Part shown: positions 18,694 through 28,907 of the stretch, in pieces | Layout of the letters: each line of letters begins with the position of its first letter | Position numbering within the stretch: position 1 is the stretch's first letter | Assembly (NCBI GenBank): GCA_963831305.1 | Contig: CAWHPL010000001.1 | Coordinates: 175,352-239,351, forward strand | DNA length: 64,000 bases | Source: an uncultured Chloroflexia bacterium | GTDB lineage: Bacteria; Chloroflexota; Anaerolineae; Anaerolineales; Anaerolineaceae | Direction: 5' to 3' | Made by a program: the position numbers and the translations under genes | The notes under the pieces: model-generated | What the model was told of the DNA's origin: nothing | Seen by the model: the letters and a program-made list of their open reading frames with translations, nothing else | Database searches by the model: none

Positions 18694-18813
18694 TTTTTCA
18701 TCTCCTTTTCTTACCTGAATATTACCAGAACTACCTAATAACTACCGTAAAAATTACGTAAAAAAATTCCTACAATCACTTAACAATAAAAAAGAATTAA
18801 TCAGAATTAATTA

Positions 18814-18836
18814 ACTGGCGGGGACCAACCGCCAGT
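18814..18836 (-). terminator. hairpin downstream of ftsZ
   Basis: actggcgg(ggaccaa)ccgccagt. It is followed on the minus strand by a U/A-rich tract, not a clean U-run. Confidence 0.4.
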
Positions 18837-18920
18837 CTTAAAGTAAATACACCTTGCCATGGAGAAGCAAGCCCCCTGGTATTTAGGGAGGAAGATACTC
18901 TTTACCAGGCATAAAAATTA

Positions 18921-20126
18921 TTACTCGTCACGACCGTCCAGGTAATTGCGCAGGAAAGTCGGAATATTCAACATGTTGGAGTCAATTGTGGTTGGCTCAA
19001 AGGTAATTCCGGGTTCTCTGCTGGAGCCAACCATCACAGATTGCTGCAGAATAGGCTGTAGCACTCTGTTGCTGGATTCAACCTTGGTTGTTGGTGCGCT
19101 GATCACTTTTGGGGTGCCGGCCCGATCGAAACCGGTGGCGATCACGGTGATGCGCAGTTCTTCTCCCATGTTTTCATCAATTACTGCACCAAATATCATA
19201 TTGACATCCGGGTGGGCAGTTTCTTTAATGATTGCTGCTGCCTGGTTGACTTCATAAAGCGTCAGGCTTGGACCACCGGTGATGTTGAAGAGGATACCGC
19301 GTGCGCCATTGATGGTGACATCGAGAAGCTGATTGGAGATCGCCTGTTCGGCGGCTTTACTGGCGCGGTCATCACCACTGGCGCGACCCACTGCCATCAA
19401 AGCTGCTCCACCTTCGGACATGACTGCTTTTACATCTGCAAAGTCGAGGTTGACAAGTCCGGGAACCGTAATGACTTCAGAGATTCCCTGCATACCCTGA
19501 CGCAGAACATCATCAGCTGCCTTGAAAGACTCTTGAAGAGTCGCTTTTTTATCTGCCATTTGAAGCAAGCGATCGTTGGGGATAACGATCAAAGTATCAG
19601 TGTGCTCCTTGAGACGGGCAATGCCTTGCTCGGCTGCCTGGAGGCGTTTTTGCCCTTCAAAGGAGAAGGGGCGGGTGACCACACCGATGGTGAGGGCACC
19701 AACTTCACGGGCAATCTGGGCAACGATTGGCGCTGCACCGGTTCCGGTGCCACCGCCCATGCCTGCAGTTACAAAAACCATGTCACTGCCTTTGAGGGTT
19801 TCATATAACTCCTCAGAGGATTCTTCGGCTGATTTGCGCCCGGTCTCAGGATTGCCGCCTGCGCCCAACCCTTTGGTGGTTTGGTCGCCAATGCGAACTC
19901 TTATCTGAGCTTTGGAATTTACGAGTGCCTGTGCATCGGTGTTCACAGTAATGAACTCAATGCCCTGAACGCCTTCATCGATCATGCGATTGACGGCATT
20001 GCAACCACCGCCGCCAACGCCGATCACCTTGATCCGAGCGAAGGATTCAGCCAGCTGTTTGCTTTCGGGTTCAGATTGACGATTCCGAAAAGCGCTTTGG
20101 TTCTGATTGTTTCTGTTAGTCTCCAT
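18921..20126 (-). CDS. ftsZ: cell division protein FtsZ
   Basis: [20 protein letters not shown], and NLDFADV. Confidence 0.97.
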   Translation of the reverse strand: METNRNNQNQSAFRNRQSEPESKQLAESFARIKVIGVGGGGCNAVNRMIDEGVQGIEFITVNTDAQALVNSKAQIRVRIGDQTTKGLGAGGNPETGRKSAEESSEELYETLKGSDMVFVTAGMGGGTGTGAAPIVAQIAREVGALTIGVVTRPFSFEGQKRLQAAEQGIARLKEHTDTLIVIPNDRLLQMADKKATLQESFKAADDVLRQGMQGISEVITVPGLVNLDFADVKAVMSEGGAALMAVGRASGDDRASKAAEQAISNQLLDVTINGARGILFNITGGPSLTLYEVNQAAAIIKETAHPDVNMIFGAVIDENMGEELRITVIATGFDRAGTPKVISAPTTKVESSNRVLQPILQQSVMVGSSREPGITFEPTTIDSNMLNIPTFLRNYLDGRDE

Positions 20127-20179
20127 TGTATTCCTCCATTGTGTTGGTCTATATTATCCAGGAACAGCTTCCTGGTGGT

Positions 20180-21430
20180 CTACGGTAGCATTCTCTTGCC
20201 TAAATCCTTCAAAAACGCTTTCACTTCATTCCATCGTGGGGTGCGAATCCCCGGAAATGATGAGCGGGTTCGGGTGGTGGTTGAAGAGGTGGCATTCACC
20301 AATTCTGCCCATTTGAGCAGCCCGACGCTGGTCGAAAATGCCGGACTTTGTAACTGATCAACCAGCCCAATCAAATTTTCGGGTTTGGCGATGCGAACGG
20401 GCATGTTCAGAACACGGGTGGCTAAGGGGCGTATTCCAGCCATCAAGCTGGAGCCGCCGGTGAGAACCATGCCGGCAGGGAGCAGGCTATTCAGCCCAGA
20501 ACGATGAATCTCCTGCAAGACAAGTTGAAAGATCTCATCTACCCGGGCTTCGACGATCTGAGCGAGGTGCCTTCGGCTTACCTGAACAGGTGAATCTTCA
20601 CCAAAGGCGCGCAGGGTGAAGAACTCTTCTTCACTGACTTCACTCAATAAGGAATAGCCATATTGTTTCTTGACTTGTTCAGCCTGGTCAGGGTTGATAC
20701 GCATGACAACAGCGATGTCCTGAGTGATGTGATTGCCACCAACGGGAAGAACCATGGTGTGCCACACATCGCCATTCACATATATTCCGAGGTTGGTGGT
20801 TCCTCCACCGATATCGCAAACGCAAACACCCAAGTCACGTTCGGTTTTATTTAATACCACTTCACCAGCGGCCAAGGGGTTGAGCACAAATTGCGAAACA
20901 TCCACGCCAGCTGATTGGACACACTGACGTAAGTTTTCCATTGTAGCGGCGGCGGCGGTGATGATATGAGCTTCAACTTCCAAGCGATAGCCGGAGAAAC
21001 CAATCGGGGCTTGAATCCCTTCCTGACCATCTACTGAAAAACCGCGCTGAATGACATGAACGATCTCACGATTGTGCGGGATGGCGACAGCCTGCGCACC
21101 ATCGAGAGCGCGCCAAACGTCATCCTGGCTGATAACACCACCTGAGATGGCGACGACGCCACGGGAATTGATCCCCGAAACCTGCGAGCCGGCAAGGCTG
21201 ACGATGGCAGAGGTGATCTCGAGCCCCGAAGTCCGCTCAGCTTTTTCAATAGAGCGGGCGATCGATTGAGATGCAGCAGCAAGGTCAACGACTGCGCCAG
21301 ATTTGATCCCCTGGGAAGGTTCAATGCCAACGCCAAGGATCCGCTGGTCGCTTTCGCCTTCAAGGCGCGCCACAAGCGTGCAAATCTTGGTGCTTCCAAC
21401 ATCTATCCCGACAACAATTGGATCGCTCAT
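20180..21430 (-). CDS. ftsA: cell division protein FtsA
   Basis: Actin-fold protein: VGIDVGSTK, DIGGGTT, LTGGSS. Confidence 0.93.
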   Translation of the reverse strand: MSDPIVVGIDVGSTKICTLVARLEGESDQRILGVGIEPSQGIKSGAVVDLAAASQSIARSIEKAERTSGLEITSAIVSLAGSQVSGINSRGVVAISGGVISQDDVWRALDGAQAVAIPHNREIVHVIQRGFSVDGQEGIQAPIGFSGYRLEVEAHIITAAAATMENLRQCVQSAGVDVSQFVLNPLAAGEVVLNKTERDLGVCVCDIGGGTTNLGIYVNGDVWHTMVLPVGGNHITQDIAVVMRINPDQAEQVKKQYGYSLLSEVSEEEFFTLRAFGEDSPVQVSRRHLAQIVEARVDEIFQLVLQEIHRSGLNSLLPAGMVLTGGSSLMAGIRPLATRVLNMPVRIAKPENLIGLVDQLQSPAFSTSVGLLKWAELVNATSSTTTRTRSSFPGIRTPRWNEVKAFLKDLGKRMLP

Positions 21431-21439
21431 AAGATCCTC

Positions 21440-22507
21440 TTACTCCGTCCGATAATAAGGTGCATCAGCGTATTCGACGCTGATCGTAGTGGGTGTGATA
21501 CCAAGTTCAGACAGACGCTGAACAATAGCTTGATATTCAACCTGTTTGAACGCCATATTTTGCAAAGTTGAACCAAAGAAAACAGTCCAGCCGCGGGTAT
21601 CTTTCCAACCCATGCCGGAAACGGAATCGTAAACAAGCGCGGAACCTTCGGGCATCTGGGTGCTGAAATCAATTGCAGCTTTGATCACGGCGGAATCCAT
21701 GTGCTTGAGGGCTTCCTCGGGAGTAAGCTTTTTCTCCGCACGATCAAGTGCGATATTTAGATAATCGAGGGGATCGGAGGGAATGGGGGTGGTGCGAGTT
21801 AATGGCATGGGATCACTGGAATAAATGTAGAGAACTGTGCCGGAATCACCACGAGGAGGAAAGACCACTCCGTCAGAATCAACCCACAAGGTGGAATCGC
21901 CAGAGGTCCATGAGAGGATCGGTTGGCGTTCGACAACAGTGATTTTTATCCCAGATGGAAGAGACGTGCGCAGACTCTTGATGATTATTTCCGGGAACGC
22001 GAACGACAAAGCTTCAATGATCTCTTCGCGGTTCACCACGAAAATTGAACCACTATGTTCCTGGATCACCGGCGCAAGGTCTTCCGCTGTCAGGCGATTG
22101 AGTCCATCAACGCCGATTGAATTGACCTGAAAGACCGAGAGGTTGGTCAGTAATAATGCCACCGCAATGAAAACTACTGCGAGAATGCCAGATACCCACT
22201 GCCAATTGAAATGCATGGTGGGCAGGGTGAGCATGCGTGTTTCGACTCCATTAGAGGCAACCTTGTATTGCACTTTGCGCGGTGTGGCTGCTGTTTGTGG
22301 AATTGAACGCGATGTTGCAGAATACCGCGAAACAGGCACGGATTGATGGCGAATCGGTGGGGATACCGGGTGGCTAACAGGCTGCCATACATTGGAATTG
22401 ACCGGTTTCTCGCTTGGCTTGCTTTCAGGCATCTTTACCTGGCGGACCGGTTGGGAACGCCGCTGCCTTACGGCTTCAGAATGGGAGGTGGTTTTGTGCG
22501 AATTCAT
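21440..22507 (-). CDS. ftsQ: cell division protein FtsQ/DivIB with a long Pro/Ser-rich N-terminus
   Basis: Single TM, then POTRA-like VNSIGVDGLNRLTAEDL, in the position between ddl and ftsA. Confidence 0.75.
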   Translation of the reverse strand: MNSHKTTSHSEAVRQRRSQPVRQVKMPESKPSEKPVNSNVWQPVSHPVSPPIRHQSVPVSRYSATSRSIPQTAATPRKVQYKVASNGVETRMLTLPTMHFNWQWVSGILAVVFIAVALLLTNLSVFQVNSIGVDGLNRLTAEDLAPVIQEHSGSIFVVNREEIIEALSFAFPEIIIKSLRTSLPSGIKITVVERQPILSWTSGDSTLWVDSDGVVFPPRGDSGTVLYIYSSDPMPLTRTTPIPSDPLDYLNIALDRAEKKLTPEEALKHMDSAVIKAAIDFSTQMPEGSALVYDSVSGMGWKDTRGWTVFFGSTLQNMAFKQVEYQAIVQRLSELGITPTTISVEYADAPYYRTE

Positions 22508-23610
22508 TCTCCCCTCCTGAATGTGTGAATTGTGCGGCTTCGGTCAGATTTTCTTTCGAGGGCAAGATCGATCAATTTTTCAACCAGGTTTTCATAGGAA
22601 ATGCCCATTGCCTGTAGAAGCTTGGGATACATGCTAATTTTGGTAAACCCGGGTAGGGTGTTGATTTCACTTAGGAAGATCTCATTTGAGTCACGGTCGA
22701 GGAGAAAATCAACCCGAGCCATGCCGGCACCATCAACTGCCTTGAATGCGCGGATTGCGATCTCCTTGATGGAATCAGCTTCCGTTTCGGTCAGCTTAGC
22801 AGGAATAATCAGTTCGGAATCGTCATCAATGTACTTGGCATCATAGGTGTAAAAATCATCCGCGGGGCGAACTTCGCCGGGGATTGACGCCAGGATTTCA
22901 TCGTTTCCGAGCACACTGACTTCAATTTCACGCGCATTGATACCACGTTCCACCAGGATACGGCGATCATAGCGAGATGCTTCCAACAAGCCTTCGTAGA
23001 GATCAGAATGAGTTCTGCATTTTGTAATCCCGACGGAGGATCCAAGGTTGGCAGGTTTGACAAATATCGGGTAGGGGAGAGCTTTTTCAATATTTGCGAC
23101 AACCTCTTCGATTGAAGAGGTAATCTCAGCCCGGTTAATCAAAATGGATTCAGGAACCGGAATATGGTTAGCTCTCATGACATCCTTGAACAAGGATTTG
23201 TCCATGCCAACCGCGGAAGCGAGCACACCACAACCCACATACGCGACATCAGCGAGTTCAAATAATCCCTGGAGGGTACCATCTTCACCAAAAGTTCCAT
23301 GGGTGACAAGGAAGTAGACATCAATAGGGGATAGCGGTTGAATGGTTTCATCTTTGCGCAAGAATAATGAGTTCTTATGAGGCTCTGGTAGTAAGGTGAT
23401 CGGAGTGAGAGTGTCGAAGCGGTTGTTCTCAAAAGCTTCAATAACATTTACCCCGGTAAACCATAATCCTTCACGGGTAATGCCGATTTCAGTGACTTCA
23501 TAGTGATCACGGTTGAGGACGGAACGCACTGAACGGGCGCTCATGAGAGAGACCTCATGTTCACCTGAACGACCGCCAAAAACAAGCGCAAGTTTTTTCT
23601 TCAATGTCAT
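22504..23610 (-). CDS. ddl: D-alanine--D-alanine ligase
   Basis: ALVFGGRSGEHEVS, HGTFGEDGTLQG, EINTLPGFT. The ATG at 23610 forms an ATGA overlap with the murB stop. Confidence 0.93.
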   Translation of the reverse strand: MTLKKKLALVFGGRSGEHEVSLMSARSVRSVLNRDHYEVTEIGITREGLWFTGVNVIEAFENNRFDTLTPITLLPEPHKNSLFLRKDETIQPLSPIDVYFLVTHGTFGEDGTLQGLFELADVAYVGCGVLASAVGMDKSLFKDVMRANHIPVPESILINRAEITSSIEEVVANIEKALPYPIFVKPANLGSSVGITKCRTHSDLYEGLLEASRYDRRILVERGINAREIEVSVLGNDEILASIPGEVRPADDFYTYDAKYIDDDSELIIPAKLTETEADSIKEIAIRAFKAVDGAGMARVDFLLDRDSNEIFLSEINTLPGFTKISMYPKLLQAMGISYENLVEKLIDLALERKSDRSRTIHTFRRGE

Positions 23611-24527
23611 TTCGATACCTGCCAATTACCGAGTAATTCAATTTCTAATTCAAGCGATACGCCAAAATTTCCCACAACTTTTGCCTGGATCAAGCGGATC
23701 AACTGATAATAGTCTTCAGCATTGCCGGTGCCATCATTGACGAGGAAGTTGGCATGCACCGGGCTAACCTGCACACCACCGATCTGCGTGCCTTTTAGAC
23801 CTGCGGCTTCGATTAAACGACCAGCGTGGTCGCCAATGGGATTCTTGAAAGTTGAACCCGTACTGGCACCAACAGGTTGTGAGGCTTTGCGTTTGGCGAT
23901 ATTGTTTTCCATCATCGCATTGATCTCGTTAACATCACCTTTTTGAACTTTCAAATCTGCGGCAAGGATGATTGACTTGCCTGGATCGCGCTTGAGATAA
24001 CTTGAGCGATAGGAATACTGCATCTCCTCTGCGGAGAGTGCCTTATTGTCAAAAGTAGGGTGCACGATATATGCCATATCCAATGTTTTGCTCATATCGC
24101 TGCCAAATGCCCCGGCATTGCCATAAACAGCGCCTCCAAGCGACCCTGGCACGGCACATGCCCATTCCAACCCTGTAAAGGCATTGCGGGCGGCAAAACG
24201 CGAAACAGCGATGAAGGCTGCGCCGGTCTCGGCGTGGATGAGCGGTATTTCAGCGGTACCGGCGATTTCAATTTTATTGCAGCGGTTGTGAAGAACGAGA
24301 GTGTCGAGACCGTTGCTGCTGACGATGATATTGGCACCACCGCCAAGAACCATAAAAGGCACATTGTTTTCCCAACACCAGTGGATGTCTGATTTAAATA
24401 TCGCGAGGTCTTTTTCCTCAACAAAGTACCTGGCCATTCCGCCAACCTTGGAAGTGGTATGGCTGGACAGGCTGACATTCATCTGCAGCCTGTCTTTGAA
24501 ATGGGAGAGTACCAGTTGATGATCCAC
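23607..24527 (-). CDS. murB: UDP-N-acetylenolpyruvoylglucosamine reductase
   Basis: FAD-binding GGGANII, GSLGGAVYGNAGA, and GSTFKNP. Confidence 0.92.
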   Translation of the reverse strand: MDHQLVLSHFKDRLQMNVSLSSHTTSKVGGMARYFVEEKDLAIFKSDIHWCWENNVPFMVLGGGANIIVSSNGLDTLVLHNRCNKIEIAGTAEIPLIHAETGAAFIAVSRFAARNAFTGLEWACAVPGSLGGAVYGNAGAFGSDMSKTLDMAYIVHPTFDNKALSAEEMQYSYRSSYLKRDPGKSIILAADLKVQKGDVNEINAMMENNIAKRKASQPVGASTGSTFKNPIGDHAGRLIEAAGLKGTQIGGVQVSPVHANFLVNDGTGNAEDYYQLIRLIQAKVVGNFGVSLELEIELLGNWQVSK

Positions 24528-24539
24528 TATTTTTATGCC

Positions 24540-24731
24540 TTAAAGTTCTTTCACGTGGTCAATCAGGCGGGATAAGAGTTCCTGTTTTTCAGGGGAGGAC
24601 AAAGTGCGGAAATCAGACTCTTCATATTTACGCTGCGGTTTTACCTGGATGCGGGGAAAATCGCTGAAGAAACGTGCGCTGTCGCTATTGAAGCCATTGC
24701 TCGAGTAGTTATTCTTCCTTGGGTCTGTCAT
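24540..24731 (-). CDS. 63-aa hypothetical protein embedded in the dcw cluster
   Basis: The ATG directly abuts the murC stop (TAAATG). No recognisable motif; charged and polar composition. Confidence 0.4.
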   Translation of the reverse strand: MTDPRKNNYSSNGFNSDSARFFSDFPRIQVKPQRKYEESDFRTLSSPEKQELLSRLIDHVKEL

Positions 24732-26099
24732 TTAATTGCTCCTCTCTTTCAATCCATCAATTACGAACTTGCAAATCTGGTTTGCATCACCAGCCGATAA
24801 GATGATCAGAACGTCGCCTTCTTTTAATTCGTTTAGTAAATAATCACCAATTGCAGGGAGGGAAGGGATGAATTCCCAATGGGTGTAAGAGATTGCTTTG
24901 GCAATTTGCAATGATGAGTAATCTTCAAACTTTTCACGTGAGGCATAAATCTCGGAGATGACCACAAGGTCAGCATTGTGAAATGAAGCGACAAAATCAG
25001 CCGCCAATGCTTTAGAGCGGGAATACGTGTGTGGCTGCCATACGGCGATGATGCGACGTGAGGGGAAGCGGTTTCTGGCAGCAGCAAGGGTAGCCTGAAT
25101 CTTGGCAGGATGATGCGCGTAGTCATCAATCACTGTAATTCCGTTAATTTCTCCAACGATCTCGAAGCGGCGTCCGGTTCCGGCAAATGACTTAAGCGCA
25201 CTGGCGATTTTTCCTGGGGTAAAACCGATCTGGGTTAGGGTAGTAAAGACACCCAAAGCGTTGAGAACATTGTGTTCGCCGGGTATAGATAATTCGATGG
25301 TAGCGGCGGTTTGGTTTCGGTGAGTGACGTCAAATGTGAAACCACCTGACTCATTCAACTGAAGATTCGTAGCCTTGTAGTCTGCATTGGCAATAAAACC
25401 ATAGGTAAGGGCTACCTGTTCACTGTGGATTGATGCAAAAAGGTGCATGCGATTAGCGTCGGTTGCATTGGCTATGATTACTCCACCGGGTTTGAGCTGA
25501 TTCACAAATTGCCGGAAGGTTTCTTCATACTCTTCAACAGTGGGGAAACAATCGGGATGATCGTAACCAATATTGGTGAGAAGGATCACATCGGGATTCA
25601 GACCAAGGAACATGCGGTCATATTCATCTGCTTCAACAACAAAGTACTTACCCGTTCCGGCGTGGGCGTTATTTTTCAAATTCTTGCTGACGCCTCCAAG
25701 AATATAAGTAGGATCTTCACCAAGAGATTTCAATGCCCATGCCATCATGGCGGAAGTGGTGGTTTTACCATGAGAACCAGCAACAGCGATGCTGGTATTT
25801 TGAGTCATCAGGCTGCCGAGGAAATCAGCACGTTTTAGCACGGGAATTCCCTTTTCAAGGGCTGCGACAACTTCCACATTGTTATCAGGGATGGCAGAAG
25901 AACGCACCACAAGGTCGGCACCTGAGATGTTCGCGGCTGCATGCCCTTCAAATACCGTGACCCCGGCGATTTGCAGATCGGTTGCAAGAGACGACAGAAT
26001 ACAGTCCGAGCCGCTGACTTCGTATCCTTTTTCGAGGAGTACGCGGGCAATGGAAGAGATGCCTGAACCGCCTACGCCGATCAAATGCACGTGTGTCAT
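24732..26099 (-). CDS. murC: UDP-N-acetylmuramate--L-alanine ligase
   Basis: MTHVHLIGVGGSGISSIA, GSHGKTTTS, and DDYAHHP. Start at 26099 shares 1 nt with the cvpA stop (TGATG). Confidence 0.92.
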   Translation of the reverse strand: MTHVHLIGVGGSGISSIARVLLEKGYEVSGSDCILSSLATDLQIAGVTVFEGHAAANISGADLVVRSSAIPDNNVEVVAALEKGIPVLKRADFLGSLMTQNTSIAVAGSHGKTTTSAMMAWALKSLGEDPTYILGGVSKNLKNNAHAGTGKYFVVEADEYDRMFLGLNPDVILLTNIGYDHPDCFPTVEEYEETFRQFVNQLKPGGVIIANATDANRMHLFASIHSEQVALTYGFIANADYKATNLQLNESGGFTFDVTHRNQTAATIELSIPGEHNVLNALGVFTTLTQIGFTPGKIASALKSFAGTGRRFEIVGEINGITVIDDYAHHPAKIQATLAAARNRFPSRRIIAVWQPHTYSRSKALAADFVASFHNADLVVISEIYASREKFEDYSSLQIAKAISYTHWEFIPSLPAIGDYLLNELKEGDVLIILSAGDANQICKFVIDGLKERSN

Positions 26100-26641
26100 C
26101 AGATAAATACAACCAATACAATTACAAAACAGATTGCCACTGCCACGTAGATCGTTGGCGTTGTCATAAGCCACGCGGGAGGCAGAAATTGCACCAGATT
26201 GAGGGATGCCAATCCGTTTGCAGTGGTGGCATCCGGTGCTGTGACAAAAGTAAAGGGATATTCAGCCACATTGAGGAAATACCAAATGCTGCCGATAACC
26301 AGGAAGCCATTGATCATCCCCAAAAATCCACCAAGCAAGGTGTCTTGCAGCATATTGCGGATAAATTTTCCGGTATCTGCCAGACGCGGGATCTTTGGCG
26401 TTTCATATCCAAAGAAGACCAGTCCTCCCAAGAAAGCGGTACGAATCCAAAACACTGTGGCGGGGGTTGCGGTTTTGATGATCTCCTTGAAGAAGGGGAT
26501 GAAGCTCTCAAAAACGGTGAGAGAGAACATGGCAAGGATGATACTGAAGGTGACCAGTACTTCTTTTGCCCAACCGCGCATGGAGCCGATAATACCAAAC
26601 AGGATGACAAAGATGATCAACATCACATGAAGGCTAATCAT
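26099..26641 (-). CDS. cvpA: CvpA family membrane protein
   Basis: MISLHVMLIIFVILFGIIGSMRGWAKE, four TM segments. AAGGAG RBS and an ATGA overlap with the murG stop. Confidence 0.7.
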   Translation of the reverse strand: MISLHVMLIIFVILFGIIGSMRGWAKEVLVTFSIILAMFSLTVFESFIPFFKEIIKTATPATVFWIRTAFLGGLVFFGYETPKIPRLADTGKFIRNMLQDTLLGGFLGMINGFLVIGSIWYFLNVAEYPFTFVTAPDATTANGLASLNLVQFLPPAWLMTTPTIYVAVAICFVIVLVVFI

Positions 26642-27742
26642 TTGGAGTCTCCTTGCTGATGTGAAGCCAAAGCACATACCAGATCTGCCAACTGCGCAGA
26701 GGCCTGAGGGGATGCCAGAGAGGACATTGCCAGGCTCATTGAGGTCAATTTCGAGGGGTCTGCAAATAACTGGTTGACTGAATTGACGAGTTCGGATTCC
26801 AAATCAGGATTATTGATCACAATTGCTGCGTCATGAGCCACGAGGTAATCAGCGTTCACTTTTTGGTAGCGCCAGGCAAAGGGATAAGGAACAAGCAAAG
26901 CGGGTAATCCCATCGTGGGAAGCTCGCCTAAGATGGAAGCGCCTGCTCTTGATATGACCAGATCGGCAGCTGAAAAAGCCGCGCTGATCTCATCATGCAA
27001 ATAAGCAAATGGATGATAATGCTCACCAAGTTCAGCAGCCATTTTCAATTTTAAATCCTGGCATTCCTGACAGTCAGCATTTCCTGTTATGTGGAGTACC
27101 TGGTAACGGGGTAGCAGGGCGGGGAGGTTGGGGAGAACAGCCTGGTTGATAAGATGAGCCCCTTTGCTACCGCCAATGATAAGGAGTACCGGTAATTCAT
27201 TTTTGAGACCAAACTGTTTTCTTGCTTCTTCCTTGCCAATTTTCTTGAAATTTTCACGCGTGGGATAACCGGTGACTACCGATTTATCGTTTGATTTAAA
27301 ATATTTTTTCGAGTCATGGGCTGTTAAGGCAATTTTGTCTGAAAATCTTGCCAATGTACGGAGTGCCAAGCCGGGTTCAATATCGGGAACATACAATAGG
27401 CTATTGATCGCAGTTCCAGCCAATGCCATAGGTACTGCCACAAAGCCGCCAGTGAACAAGAGCACATCCGGATTGAACTTTCGCAGGATTTTGCGTGAAG
27501 CGGTAACCCCTTTGACTAACTTGACGAGATTGCCGGGAAGTTTTGTTAGTCCAACGCCGTGAACACCAGCAGAAGGAACTGCTATAAAGGGAATACTTTT
27601 GGCAATTACAAGGTCGGCTTCCATGCCGCCTTCACTGCCTACCCAAAGAACTTGCGCTGGCTCGATTACCGAGAGCTTGAAGGATTGACAGGGCGGGATA
27701 CACTCCGCCGCCTGTCCCCCCTGCGCAAATTAACAACCGCAT
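26638..27742 (-). pseudogene. murG: MurG glycosyltransferase, one frameshift near 27655-27668 as sequenced
   Basis: Hand translation from the ATG at 27742 (AGGAG RBS) gives MRLLICAGGTGGGVYPALSILQALGN, then a stop after 36 codons. The other frame continues EPAQVLWVGSEGGMEADLV... into ORF 26638-27624. Confidence 0.85.
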
Positions 27743-28907
27743 GAGAGGTGCTCCTTTCTGAAGTTGGAGATTCCAACTTCGAAGTTCGGGAAATTCCCAT
27801 TAAGATACCAATTGCCGTAAATGTAGTAACCAAACTGGACCCACCGGAACTAATGAGGGGAAGGGCGTTGCCTGCAAAAGGCAGCAGATTGACTAAAACA
27901 CCAGTGTTGATCACAGCTTCAAGTGTGATCCACAATGTGATGCCACTGGCGAGCCATTTTCCGAGATCATCTTTGGCGCGGTTGGCGATGGTTAATCCAC
28001 GCCAGAGGAAAGCGACATAAAGAGCAAGGATGGCAAATGCACCCAACAAGCCAGTTTCTTCTGCGATTACCGCAAAAATGGAATCAGTTGGGGCAACCGG
28101 GAGTCCGATGAATTTAGTGGTGGAGCGCCCAATCCCTACTCCGAACAATCCACCGTTGATGATGGCTTCGAGCGACCACTTGACATGATCGGAAGCCTGT
28201 TCAGGATTCTGCAAACCACTCCAGTAATCCTTTAAACGGGTTGAAGCGTTGTTGTTTATCAGCACAACCAGAACGCCTAAAATTCCGGTGACAACCACAA
28301 CCATAAGAATCTGTCGAAGCTTTCCTCCTGCGAGGAAGAATAAAACGCCACCGAGGACAATGACTGTGGCAGCAGCGGACACATCCGGTTGCGCCAGGAT
28401 CAAGCCGGCAGTAATGCCAACAATGCCCATCAACGGGACAAGCCCTAATGACCATTGGTTCATGGTTTCTTTTTTGCTATAAAGCCAAAAGCTGAGGTAG
28501 ACAATGATCATTAACTTGGCAAGTTCGGAGGGTTGAATAGACCCTGATAACAATCCACGTTTAGCGCCAAATTGGGTTGCCTGCCCGAAAAGAAGAACCA
28601 GGAATAGGAGCACGATGGTTGTCAACATGGCAGGGACTACCCAGCGGTTAAATTTGCGATAGTCGTAAAAAGTGAGAAAAATGGCAATACCGATGCCAAG
28701 AATGCCGTAACCAAACTGTTTGAGAACGGTGGTGTATTCAGAATATCCTTGCTGACGGGCAAATTGCCAACTGGCTGAAAAGACCATCAATAAGCCAATG
28801 ATGAAAAGGGTCAAGACCACAAGTACCAGTGGAAAATCGAAATTTTCACGCATCGTCAGTTTACGTGGTCTCGAATTTGAGGTTGGTGTCTTCATATTTG
28901 CATTCAT
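27666..28907 (-). CDS. ftsW: FtsW/RodA/SpoVE family peptidoglycan glycosyltransferase
   Basis: 413 aa, about 10 TM, with PSELAKL and GLPVAPTDSIFAVIAEE. The 3' end overlaps the murG start by about 77 nt. Confidence 0.88.
   Translation of the reverse strand: MNANMKTPTSNSRPRKLTMRENFDFPLVLVVLTLFIIGLLMVFSASWQFARQQGYSEYTTVLKQFGYGILGIGIAIFLTFYDYRKFNRWVVPAMLTTIVLLFLVLLFGQATQFGAKRGLLSGSIQPSELAKLMIIVYLSFWLYSKKETMNQWSLGLVPLMGIVGITAGLILAQPDVSAAATVIVLGGVLFFLAGGKLRQILMVVVVTGILGVLVVLINNNASTRLKDYWSGLQNPEQASDHVKWSLEAIINGGLFGVGIGRSTTKFIGLPVAPTDSIFAVIAEETGLLGAFAILALYVAFLWRGLTIANRAKDDLGKWLASGITLWITLEAVINTGVLVNLLPFAGNALPLISSGGSSLVTTFTAIGILMGISRTSKLESPTSERSTSHAVVNLRRGDRRRSVSRPVNPSSSR

Noticed and set aside
19212-20357. 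Plus-strand ORFs of 198, 110 and 158 aa across ftsZ/ftsA.
   Set aside because: They are antisense to unambiguous ftsZ and ftsA and have no recognisable domains.
26093-26659. 188-aa plus-strand ORF opposite cvpA.
   Set aside because: It is a highly charged, low-complexity translation. The minus-strand CvpA reading has an RBS, TM helices and operon coupling.
27666-27742. The 77-nt overlap of the ftsW 3' end with the murG start, as a possible further frameshift.
   Set aside because: I cannot decide from sequence alone. The FtsW C-terminal tail is poorly conserved and the overlap frame has no obvious alternative stop pattern, so I left it as annotated.
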